Below, in pieces: positions 10,123 through 18,717 of a DNA stretch of 63,915 bases; the stretch's first letter is position 1, and every line of letters starts with the position of its first letter. Location of the stretch: contig JAZDED010000013.1 in assembly GCA_043809145.1 (NCBI GenBank), positions 1 to 63,915 on the forward strand, written 5' to 3'. The position numbers and the translations under genes were made by a program. The stretch is from Candidatus Omnitrophota bacterium (GTDB lineage Bacteria; Omnitrophota; Gorgyraeia; Gygaellales; Profunditerraquicolaceae). The notes beneath the pieces are model-generated. The model was not told the origin of the DNA. It was given only the letters and a program-made list of their open reading frames with translations, and did no database searches.

Positions 10123-10135
10123 TGAGTCAATCAAA

Positions 10136-11941
10136 ATGAAGGTTCTCAAAATTATATTCATAGCCTTGGCATTGTTAATTACAGCTATTATTATTATAGC
10201 GCTAATCTTGATTAAGTCTTTTGATGTTAACCGTTATAAGGCGCAGATTATCGCCGCGGCGGATAAAGCCTTAAACCGCCAGCTCAATTTTTCCCGGGCA
10301 AACCTGGACGTATCATTTACAAAAGGCATAACCCTAAAAATAAGAGATATCACAGTTTCTGATGACCCGGATTTTAGCAAAGATAAGTTCCTTAAGGTCA
10401 AAGATATTTTGGTTACCCTGGATTTACTTAAATATTTTTCTATTAAGGAAGTTAATATCCCGGCGCTTTTAATTGATGCCCCTTGGCTGAAGATAATCCG
10501 TAAAAAAGATGGCTCGATTAATGTCGCTACCATCGCGCAGGCTTCATCCATTCAAACAAACCCAGGGCTCGGAGTAGCTGTTCTACCGGCGATAATGATC
10601 AATTCCCTTAAGTCCGGAAACGGTAGAGTTTCTTTTATAGATAATTCTTTTGAGCCGCCCTTAAATTTGGAGATTAACGATCTAAGTATTCAGTTCGACA
10701 AGATATCGCTCAGTGAACCCTTCCCTTTTCTGGTGGAGGCCTCAGTGTTGAGTTCAAAAAAAAATATCAGGATAGATGGATTGGCGCAGATTAACCTTAA
10801 AAGCAATGAGGTGATTATTACTAACCTCAAAGGCTCGACCGAGCTTTCTAATATACTCTTGGATAGAATTCCGGTTATTTTTCCTTTAGCCTCGGGAGTG
10901 GTTTTACCAGAGAGCCTTAAGGGCCAAATGGAACTCAAGGTCGATAAAGTAAGCGCGGGAGCTAAAGGCTTGAGTGATTTTATGGCACATATCTTATTAC
11001 CGAATGCAATCCTGAAATTTAATGAGCTTGGTTCGCTGTTGACTGTTTCTAAAATGGAAATGAGAGTAACTCCCAAGGATATCTTTCTAGATAAAGCCTT
11101 GCTAAGTATAGGCACAGGTTTAGTAGATGTAAGCGCAGGATTAAGCGATTATCTGGGTAAGCAGAAATATAATTTTTTGGGTTACCTTACCAATCTAAAG
11201 ATTGAAGAAATAGTTGATACGGATAAAATGCCAGCGCAGGCAGAAGGAGAGATTTCTGGTAAGGTTAAAGCTTGGGGCGCGGGATTTACACCTCAAGATA
11301 TCCAATCTAATTTATCTGCAGAACTAGATTTATCGGTGAGTAAGGGAAAGCTAAAAGGCATTAATGTCCTGCGCGCAGTCTTGGATAAGATATCGATTAT
11401 TCCCGGATTATCCCAAAAGATTGAAGAGGGGCTGCCGGAACGCTTTAAACAAAAACTTGTCCAGAAGGATACCTTAATATCTGATACGAGATTTATAATT
11501 GGTATTGAAAATGGGAAAATTATGCTTAAGGAGACTACTATCGGAGCAGACGAGTTCTTATTTAAGGGGCAGGGTGAGTCTGATTTTAACGGCGCCTTTC
11601 GGCTTGAAGGACAATTTCTTATTTCTGCGGAACTTTCCAGCAGTATGGTAGCTCAGGTTTCCCAGCTGCAATACCTTTTAAATGATGCCGGACAGATTTA
11701 CCTGCCGCTTAAGATTTCCGGAGCGGCAAAAGAATTGCAGTTTATCTTAGATACCGATTATATTGCGCGCAAACTATTGGCAGAGCAAGGAAAGAAGCAG
11801 TTATTTAATATTTTGGATAAAGTCTTCGGCGTAAGTCAACCTGAAATTTCGATTGAAAATACAACCACGCAAAATGAGACAGTCATAAAGCCTTCGGCGC
11901 AAGAATCAATCGGAGGCATCCTACGTGGAATACTTAGGTAA
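10136..11941 (+). CDS. AsmA family protein
   Basis: Likely start MKVLKIIFIALALL (ATG 10136) with an N-terminal TM helix, FDVNRYKAQI, RIIRKKDGSINV, and a beta-rich body. Confidence 0.8.
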   Translation: MKVLKIIFIALALLITAIIIIALILIKSFDVNRYKAQIIAAADKALNRQLNFSRANLDVSFTKGITLKIRDITVSDDPDFSKDKFLKVKDILVTLDLLKYFSIKEVNIPALLIDAPWLKIIRKKDGSINVATIAQASSIQTNPGLGVAVLPAIMINSLKSGNGRVSFIDNSFEPPLNLEINDLSIQFDKISLSEPFPFLVEASVLSSKKNIRIDGLAQINLKSNEVIITNLKGSTELSNILLDRIPVIFPLASGVVLPESLKGQMELKVDKVSAGAKGLSDFMAHILLPNAILKFNELGSLLTVSKMEMRVTPKDIFLDKALLSIGTGLVDVSAGLSDYLGKQKYNFLGYLTNLKIEEIVDTDKMPAQAEGEISGKVKAWGAGFTPQDIQSNLSAELDLSVSKGKLKGINVLRAVLDKISIIPGLSQKIEEGLPERFKQKLVQKDTLISDTRFIIGIENGKIMLKETTIGADEFLFKGQGESDFNGAFRLEGQFLISAELSSSMVAQVSQLQYLLNDAGQIYLPLKISGAAKELQFILDTDYIARKLLAEQGKKQLFNILDKVFGVSQPEISIENTTTQNETVIKPSAQESIGGILRGILR

Positions 11942-12087
11942 GCAAAATTCATAAAAACCATTCTTATATTTCAAAAAAATCATAATTATAACGAGAAGTA
12001 AACAGGCTCCTGTTAAGTTGAATACTTTGTGGAGCCAGGGTTTTTGAGGTATGTAAAAAAAGTAAATAAAGTGTTCAATCTAAGGGG

Positions 12088-12519
12088 CTAGAATTTTACC
12101 TTAAAGGTATATTTAATCTGATCATCGGAAAATTGAGGCCGGCCCTTGATATCCAAAAGAGTAATACTTGCCTTTTCTTTGACCCACTCTTCGATTTCTT
12201 TAGCTTTAAAGTATGGATAGAAAATATCCAGGCCTAATGCTTTTCTCCAGTCTTCTCTCAGTGATTCTCTTTCAGCCTTACTTAATTTAGGGCGTTTATG
12301 TTTATCTTTCTCCGGTGGCAGGTGAGTTAAGGTATTCAACGAACCTAAGAAGGCGTCTTGTCTGGCTTCCTTCAAAGAATAAATACCAGCCATATGGTTA
12401 GCAGGGCTCTGTTGTTTTGGGTTAAAATTTACACCTGCATTTTGAGGCCAGGCATAAAAAGCGGGGGTAAGAGTAATTATGGATATTATCAGGAGTTTCC
12501 TGGAAATAGGCTGCAGCAT
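12088..12519 (-). CDS. Hypothetical exported protein with C-terminal beta-signal-like tail
   Basis: SD AAGAAGGGG before ATG 12519; signal-peptide-like N-terminus; ends QIKYTFKVKF. Confidence 0.6.
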   Translation of the reverse strand: MLQPISRKLLIISIITLTPAFYAWPQNAGVNFNPKQQSPANHMAGIYSLKEARQDAFLGSLNTLTHLPPEKDKHKRPKLSKAERESLREDWRKALGLDIFYPYFKAKEIEEWVKEKASITLLDIKGRPQFSDDQIKYTFKVKF

Positions 12520-12610
12520 GGAAGTTACCCCTTCTTTCATATACGTTCTTCTACTTAAATTATAACATAATATTAGAGCCCTGGCAGAGGGTTAAGATTG
12601 CCTAATTAAT

Positions 12611-12639
12611 TTGACATAACTCTCTTTATACTATATAAT
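12611..12639 (+). promoter_or_regulatory. Consensus sigma70 promoter of lysS
   Basis: TTGACA-17 nt-TATAAT. Confidence 0.85.
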
Positions 12640-12648
12640 TATACAACT

Positions 12649-14094
12649 ATGGATATTAATGAAATTATAGAGCAAAGAAGGCAGAAAGCCGACTCATTAA
12701 AAGCTAAAAATGTGCCCTTGTATCCGGCTTCGGTTCCGGAATATACTCCTATTGGGCTATTGCTGGCGGACTTTCAGGAAGGTAAAAAAGAGAGCCTTTG
12801 CGGCAGGATTATGGCTAAGCGGTTGCATGGCAAGGTTATTTTTATGGACTTGCGTGATTCCAGCGGTAAAATTCAATTATATATTAAGGCAGATTTTGCA
12901 GGTAAGGAGAATTTCGAACTTTTAACAGAGATAGATATCGCTGATATCATTAATGTTAAGGGAGAATTGTTTAAGACACATACCGGAGAATTTACTCTTA
13001 AAGTAGAGAGTTTCCTACTTCTCTCTAAGGCTCTTAGGCCGCTTCCGGAAAAGTGGCACGGATTAAAGAATATTGAGATACGCTATCGGCAGCGTTACCT
13101 TGATTTGATCAGTAACCAGGAAGTAAAAGAGGTATTTTTGCAAAGGCAGCAGATTATTCGAAGATTGCGCAATTTCCTGGATTCTCAGGGTTTCCTGGAG
13201 GTGGAGACGCCGATGATGCATGATATCGCCGGCGGCGCTGCAGGCAGGCCTTTTAAGACACATCATAACGAATACGATATGGAGCTGTTTTTAAGAATTG
13301 CTCCGGAGTTATACCTGAAGCGTTTATTAGTCGGAGGCCTGGATAGGGTTTATGAGATAAACCGTAACTTTCGCAATGAAGGCGTATCTACAAGGCATAA
13401 TCCGGAATTTACCATGCTAGAGGTCTATGCCGCTTATGCCGGATATGAATATATGATGCAATTATGCCAGGACCTGATTGTTAATACCACTAGGGATGTT
13501 TTAGGTAAGACTACATTTGAGTATAATGGTAAAATCGTGGATTTAACCCAGCCATGGAAGAAGGTTTCGTTTGCCGGGTTGGTCAAGGAGAAATTTGATA
13601 TCCAGCCTTCGGACGAAGCTCATGTTATGCTTGAGAAGCTGCAGGCTAAAGGTTTTGCCAGGGATAAGAAGAAGCTAACTCGTTCACAGATCAGTAAGAT
13701 TATTGAAGAAAACCTGGAGCATGATAAGAGCAATAATCCTGTCTTTGTTACTGATTATTTTACGACCCTCTGCCCCTTGGCTAAGGCTAGAGAAGACAAC
13801 CCTTTAATTTCAGAGAGATTTGAGGTTTATATTGCCGGGATGGAGATAGGTAATGCTTATTCTGAGCTCAATGACCCTTTAGAGCAAAGAAAACGTTTTG
13901 AAGATGAGATTAAGGATGCGCAGGATGCCGAAAATAAGGTTTTGGATGAAGATTACTGCCTGGCCTTGGAATACGGGATGCCTCCGGCAGGAGGATTAGG
14001 TATCGGTGTGGACAGGCTGGTAATGCTATTGACCAATCAACCTTCGATTCGTGACGTTATATTATTTCCTTTGTTAAGGCCCGAGAATAAATAG
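12649..14094 (+). CDS. lysS: Lysine--tRNA ligase (class II)
   Basis: PLPEKWHGL, RYRQRYLDL, FLRIAPELYLKRL, RNFRNEG, EYGMPPAGGLGIGVDRL. Confidence 0.97.
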   Translation: MDINEIIEQRRQKADSLKAKNVPLYPASVPEYTPIGLLLADFQEGKKESLCGRIMAKRLHGKVIFMDLRDSSGKIQLYIKADFAGKENFELLTEIDIADIINVKGELFKTHTGEFTLKVESFLLLSKALRPLPEKWHGLKNIEIRYRQRYLDLISNQEVKEVFLQRQQIIRRLRNFLDSQGFLEVETPMMHDIAGGAAGRPFKTHHNEYDMELFLRIAPELYLKRLLVGGLDRVYEINRNFRNEGVSTRHNPEFTMLEVYAAYAGYEYMMQLCQDLIVNTTRDVLGKTTFEYNGKIVDLTQPWKKVSFAGLVKEKFDIQPSDEAHVMLEKLQAKGFARDKKKLTRSQISKIIEENLEHDKSNNPVFVTDYFTTLCPLAKAREDNPLISERFEVYIAGMEIGNAYSELNDPLEQRKRFEDEIKDAQDAENKVLDEDYCLALEYGMPPAGGLGIGVDRLVMLLTNQPSIRDVILFPLLRPENK

Positions 14095-14096
14095 TA

Positions 14097-15287
14097 ATGC
14101 GCGCGCAAATTTTACTTAGCTGGCGTTATTTATTTACCAAGAGAAAAGAAAAATTTGTTACTCTGATAAGCCTGATTTCTATCGCGGGCGTAGCAATCGG
14201 AGTCACTGCCTTAATTGTTGTTATAGCGGTGATGAGGGGTTTTGACCGGGAATTAAAAGATAAGATTGTAGGTAATTCTGCACATCTGACTATTACTAAT
14301 TACCGGGGTATGCAATATTCCGAACACCTGGGTATTGTTGAAAAAATCAAATCTCATCCGCACATCTTAAGTTCCAGCCCCTATGTTCAGGGCCAGGTAT
14401 TAATTCGAGAAGGGGATAAATTTTTTGCCGTAGGTTTTCGCGGTATTGAACCGGATAAAGAGAAACATGTGAGCCGGGTCGGAAATTACCTTGTTTCGGG
14501 TAATTTGAATAAACTATCAGGCTCGACAGTAATCGTGGGCAGAGAGTTAGCTAATTATCTGGGCTTCGGCCTGGGATCGGAATTGACCGTCTATTCTCCC
14601 TTGGGTAAGCAGTACAACCTGAAAGTAGCGGGTATTTTTTATTCCGGAATGTATGATTATGATATGAATCTTATCTTCTTGCCATTAAATACAGGCCAGG
14701 AGATTTTAGGATGGGAAGGCCAGATTAGCGCTGTGAACCTGAAGTTGGATAATCTTTACCGCGCCGATAAGGTAAAAAAGGAGCTATACCAGATACTCGG
14801 ATTTGACTATCACTTAAAGACCTGGATGGAACAGAATATAAATTTCTTTGCGGCTTTAAAACTAGAGAAGTTTACCATGTTTATTATTCTAACTCTAATA
14901 ATCCTGGTGGCCTCATTTAATATCATAAGTACGCTGATGATCATGGTTGTTGAAAAAACTAAAGATATCGGAATACTCAAGGCCCTGGGGGCAAGCTCAC
15001 GTGTAATCAAAAGCACCTTTACTTTTGTTGGGCTTATTATCGGCGGGTTGGGTACTTTCTGTGGGGTGCTGGGAGGAGTAACGATCTGTCTTTTATTAAG
15101 TAAATACCAGTTTGTGAAATTGCCTCCTGATATTTACTATATTGATAAGATACCGGTTTCTCTAGCCATATGGCCAGACCTCTCACTTATCATCGCTGCT
15201 GCTATATTAATTAGCCTGGTCTCTACGATTTATCCGGCGAGAATTGCCGCGCGGTTGAAGCCCGTAGAGGCCTTGAGATATGAATAA
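14097..15287 (+). CDS. Lipoprotein-releasing ABC transporter permease LolC/E
   Basis: IAGVAIGVTALIVVIAVMRGF, EKTKDIGILKALGA, PVEALRYE. Confidence 0.9.
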   Translation: MRAQILLSWRYLFTKRKEKFVTLISLISIAGVAIGVTALIVVIAVMRGFDRELKDKIVGNSAHLTITNYRGMQYSEHLGIVEKIKSHPHILSSSPYVQGQVLIREGDKFFAVGFRGIEPDKEKHVSRVGNYLVSGNLNKLSGSTVIVGRELANYLGFGLGSELTVYSPLGKQYNLKVAGIFYSGMYDYDMNLIFLPLNTGQEILGWEGQISAVNLKLDNLYRADKVKKELYQILGFDYHLKTWMEQNINFFAALKLEKFTMFIILTLIILVASFNIISTLMIMVVEKTKDIGILKALGASSRVIKSTFTFVGLIIGGLGTFCGVLGGVTICLLLSKYQFVKLPPDIYYIDKIPVSLAIWPDLSLIIAAAILISLVSTIYPARIAARLKPVEALRYE

Positions 15288-15310
15288 AAAAATATGCTTT
15301 TAGTTTTTGG

Positions 15311-15361
15311 CCGTCAGCTTTTTTGCTGATAGCTGAGAGCTGATAGCTAAAAAGCTGACGG
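15311..15361. repeat. 13-bp perfect inverted repeat enclosing 7-nt tandem repeats
   Basis: CCGTCAGCTTTTT (15311-23) pairs with AAAAAGCTGACGG (15349-61); the loop reads GCTGATA GCTGAGA GCTGATA GCT. Confidence 0.85.
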
Positions 15362-15363
15362 AT

Positions 15364-16032
15364 ATGCTGGAAGCCAAGAACATACATAAGATTTACTCCA
15401 GAACCAATAAGGATGTTGAGGTATTAAAGGGATTGGAGTTAAGGATAGATAAAGGCGTATTTGCGGCCGTAGTCGGTCCTTCGGGGGCAGGTAAATCTAC
15501 TCTCTTGCATATTTTGGGCGGGCTGGATAGTCCGACAACAGGAGCCGTGTATTTTAAGGGCAAGGATATTTATAGTTTAAAAGATAGCGCCCTATGTGAA
15601 TTAAGAAACAAGAGCATAGGATTTGTTTTTCAATTTTATCATCTGTTGCAGGAGTTTACGGTTATAGAGAATGTATTGATGCCGGCAATGGTGGGCGCTA
15701 GGGGTAGCTTCGGAAACAATGAGAAAAAGTCAGCGTTGGAATTACTGGATATGGTGGGTTTAGACAAAAGAGGAGAACATTTTCCGTCAGAGTTATCCGG
15801 CGGGGAACAGCAGAGGGTGGCATTGGTCAGGGCATTAATCAATAACCCTGAGATTCTCTTTTGTGATGAACCAACTGGAAACCTTGATTCCCAGTCCGGC
15901 AAAGAAGTGATTTCTTTAATTCGCAGTCTCAATAAGGATAAAGGCATGACTGTGGTTCTGGTAACGCATAATCTGGAATTGGTTGGCTCTACGGACCGCC
16001 TCTGCCGGCTGGAGGATGGGAAGTTGGGGTAG
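15364..16032 (+). CDS. lolD: Lipoprotein-releasing ABC transporter ATP-binding protein
   Basis: GPSGAGKST, LSGGEQQRV, CDEPTGNLD; follows lolC/E. Confidence 0.88.
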   Translation: MLEAKNIHKIYSRTNKDVEVLKGLELRIDKGVFAAVVGPSGAGKSTLLHILGGLDSPTTGAVYFKGKDIYSLKDSALCELRNKSIGFVFQFYHLLQEFTVIENVLMPAMVGARGSFGNNEKKSALELLDMVGLDKRGEHFPSELSGGEQQRVALVRALINNPEILFCDEPTGNLDSQSGKEVISLIRSLNKDKGMTVVLVTHNLELVGSTDRLCRLEDGKLG

Positions 16033-16082
16033 AAATATTTACTCCGACTGCTGGTGGAGAAAAGTTGATAAATAAGGATTTA

Positions 16083-16162
16083 ACTCCAATAGCCAAGTAT
16101 CATATTATCGCTATTGGAGTAAATTTGCATATAATATAAAGATAGCAAATTTAGGAGGGTAG
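16083..16162 (+). repeat. Double-hairpin/SD leader element, copy 1 (before ilvE)
   Basis: ACTCCAATAGC..GCTATTGGAGT stem, TAAATTTGC..GCAAATTTA stem, then GGAGGGTAG. Confidence 0.85.
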
Positions 16163-16165
16163 ATA

Positions 16166-17035
16166 ATGAAAGTTTATATCAATGGCAAGTTTTACGAAAA
16201 GAACGAGGCTAAAATTTCGGTTTTTGACCATGGCCTGCTTTATGGCGATGGAGTATTTGAAGGTATTCGCGCTTATGGCCGCTTGGTTTTTAAACTGAAG
16301 GAACATGTAGAGCGTCTTTATGAATCCGCGCACAGTATTATGCTTAAAATACCCATGAGTAAGGATGAGATGGCAAAGGCTGTTGTGCAGACTCTTAAAA
16401 CCAACCATCTAAATGATGCTTATATCCGCCTGGTGGTAACACGCGGAGAAGGCGATCTTGGGCTTGACCCGCGCAAGTGTATCGGTCATGCCGCGGTGAT
16501 AATTATTACCGACAGAATAACCCTTTATCCGGAGAAATTCTACAAGCAAGGCCTGGAGATCATTACTGTGCCTACGGTAAGAAATCTGCCCGAGGCTTTA
16601 AATCCCCAGATAAAATCTTTAAATTATCTTAACAATATCCTGGCTAAGATTGAGGCGGTGAATTCCGGATACAACGAGGCTATTATGCTGGATTCGTTAG
16701 GGTATGTTGCAGAATGCACGGGTGATAATATTTTTCTGGTTAAAAGGAAACATCTCTATACTCCGCCGCAATGCATGGGAAGCCTGCGCGGGATTACCCG
16801 GGACGCGGTTTTAGAAATAGCCAGAAAGAGCGATGTGCCCGTACATGAACATGTGGTGACCCGGCATGAGGTATACATTTCCGATGAATGTTTTTTAACC
16901 GGAACTGCGGCTGAGATTATCCCCGTGGTCAAGGTTGACGGCAGGGTTATTGGTGAAGGTCGTCCAGGAAAAATTACCCTCGCCCTAATTAAGAAATTCA
17001 AGGAACTTACTAAGAGAGAAGGAGTAAGGTATTAA
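16166..17035 (+). CDS. ilvE: Branched-chain amino acid aminotransferase
   Basis: DHGLLYGDGVFEGIR, IKSLNYL (PLP Lys), ECTGDNIF, FLTGTAAEIIPV. Confidence 0.93.
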   Translation: MKVYINGKFYEKNEAKISVFDHGLLYGDGVFEGIRAYGRLVFKLKEHVERLYESAHSIMLKIPMSKDEMAKAVVQTLKTNHLNDAYIRLVVTRGEGDLGLDPRKCIGHAAVIIITDRITLYPEKFYKQGLEIITVPTVRNLPEALNPQIKSLNYLNNILAKIEAVNSGYNEAIMLDSLGYVAECTGDNIFLVKRKHLYTPPQCMGSLRGITRDAVLEIARKSDVPVHEHVVTRHEVYISDECFLTGTAAEIIPVVKVDGRVIGEGRPGKITLALIKKFKELTKREGVRY

Positions 17036-17532
17036 TGCTTTGTAATATATGTAATAAGAATCAGGCTACGGTGCATCTGACCGAAATAATTGACGACCAG
17101 ATGAACGAGTTGCATTTATGCGAGGAGTGCGCCAGGAATAAGAGCGTTCAAATGGAACAGCAATTTGGCCTGGCGGATTTATTAGCTGGCCTTACCGAGT
17201 TCGGCAAGGTTCCCGAAGAAAAAGATTCTCCGGAAATAAAATGCCCTAACTGCGGGCTTAATTTTAAGGAGTTTAAAAAAGTCGGCCGCCTGGGTTGCAG
17301 CGATTGCTATAATGCGTTTAAGAAATATTTGGCTCCGCTTTTAAAAAGGATTCACGGTTCAGGTGTGCATGCGGGCAAAGCCCCCGTAGGAGTAGCTAAG
17401 GATGTTAAGAAAAATTCTGAAATGCAGGAATTGCGCCAGTCGCTTCAGAAGGCGATTGAAAACGAACAATTTGAAGATGCCGCCCGGATAAGGGATGTAA
17501 TCAAAGATTTGGAAAAAAAAGAAAAGGCTTAA
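17035..17532 (+). CDS. mcsA: McsA, activator of protein arginine kinase (UvrB/C motif)
   Basis: CNIC..ATVHLT, LHLCEECA, CPNCG, GRLGCSDCY, FEDAARIRD. Confidence 0.93.
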   Translation: MLCNICNKNQATVHLTEIIDDQMNELHLCEECARNKSVQMEQQFGLADLLAGLTEFGKVPEEKDSPEIKCPNCGLNFKEFKKVGRLGCSDCYNAFKKYLAPLLKRIHGSGVHAGKAPVGVAKDVKKNSEMQELRQSLQKAIENEQFEDAARIRDVIKDLEKKEKA

Positions 17533-17547
17533 AAGCAAGGATATGCT

Positions 17548-18597
17548 ATGCAGATTAACGACTTTCTAAATCATACTACTGAATGGCTTAAAGGCACAGG
17601 GCCTCATTCGGATATCGTAATCTCCAGCCGCGTGCGCTTGGCCAGAAACATAGAGAAAAGTTCTTTTCCTCAGTGGGCGAATAAAAAGCAGAGTAAGGAT
17701 ATTTTGGATATTATTGAGGTGGCGGCAAAAAGAATAGATTACCTGAAAGAAACTACTATTTTCCACCTGGCAGATATGGATGCGGTGGATAAACAGTTCT
17801 TGATTGAGAGGCACCTGATGTCCCATGAACATGCTCAAAAAACTGATTCCAAGGCTGTTATAGTCGATGACGAAGAAATAATTTCAATTATGGTCAATGA
17901 AGAAGACCATATACGCGCGCAGGTGATGCAATCAGGTTTTAATCTTTTCGAGGGTTGGAATATTATGAATAAAATAGATGACTTTCTTTCCCAGGAGTTA
18001 CCCTTTGCTTATTCTTCTACTTGGGGATATCTAACGGCATGCCCTACAAATACCGGAACAGGTATGCGCGGCTCGGTAATGCTGCATCTGCCTGCCTTGG
18101 TGATGAGCAGGCAGATAAACCAGGTTCTGGCTGCAATATCTAAATTGCAGTTTACCGCCCGCGGATTATACGGGGAAGGTACTCAGGCCAGCGGTAATTT
18201 CTTCCAGGTTTCAAATCAGGTTTCCTTGGGACATAGTGAGAATGAAATCCTGGAGAACCTCAATGGGTTAATCCGTCAGATCATTGAGCAGGAGACTCAG
18301 GCTCGGGAAATAATGCTTAATCAGAACCGGGCGATGTTGGAAGATAAGATTCACCGCAGTTACGGAATTATCCAGAACGCGCATATTATTTCCAGCCAAG
18401 AAACTATTGAATTATTATCTATGGTTAGGCTGGGTTCGGACCTGGGAATAATTAAGGATATGGATAGAGCCAGGGTAAATGAATTATTTATTATGATTTT
18501 ACCCGCGCACTTGCAAAAGTTGGAGAAACGTAAACTCTCTTCGCAGGAGAGAGATATTAAAAGGGCAGAGTTGATTAGGAGTAGGTTAGGAAAATAA
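17548..18597 (+). CDS. mcsB: Protein arginine kinase McsB
   Basis: ISSRVRLARN, IMVNEEDH, GYLTACPTNTGTGMRGSVMLHLP, RGLYGEG. Confidence 0.95.
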   Translation: MQINDFLNHTTEWLKGTGPHSDIVISSRVRLARNIEKSSFPQWANKKQSKDILDIIEVAAKRIDYLKETTIFHLADMDAVDKQFLIERHLMSHEHAQKTDSKAVIVDDEEIISIMVNEEDHIRAQVMQSGFNLFEGWNIMNKIDDFLSQELPFAYSSTWGYLTACPTNTGTGMRGSVMLHLPALVMSRQINQVLAAISKLQFTARGLYGEGTQASGNFFQVSNQVSLGHSENEILENLNGLIRQIIEQETQAREIMLNQNRAMLEDKIHRSYGIIQNAHIISSQETIELLSMVRLGSDLGIIKDMDRARVNELFIMILPAHLQKLEKRKLSSQERDIKRAELIRSRLGK

Positions 18598-18638
18598 ACA
18601 GATATTCGAAACTGTCGCGGATAGGTAAAGATAATTTA

Positions 18639-18716
18639 GCTCCGATAGGTAAGTATTATATTATTGCTATCGGAGTAAATTGCTGCACCTATCGGTGCAG
18701 CAATTTAGGAGGGTAG
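18639..18716 (+). repeat. Double-hairpin/SD leader element, copy 2 (before clpC)
   Basis: GCTCCGATAG..CTATCGGAGT stem, perfect 14-bp TAAATTGCTGCACC/GGTGCAGCAATTTA hairpin, then GGAGGGTAG. Confidence 0.85.
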
Positions 18717-18717
18717 T

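Noticed and set aside
9815-10135. 708-aa AsmA ORF start overlapping the helicase
   Set aside because: The extension overlaps conserved helicase motifs in another frame; ATG 10136 gives the typical N-terminal TM start.
12004-12047. GGCTCC...GGAGCC stem between converging genes as a terminator
   Set aside because: A 6-bp stem with a loop over 20 nt is too weak to call.
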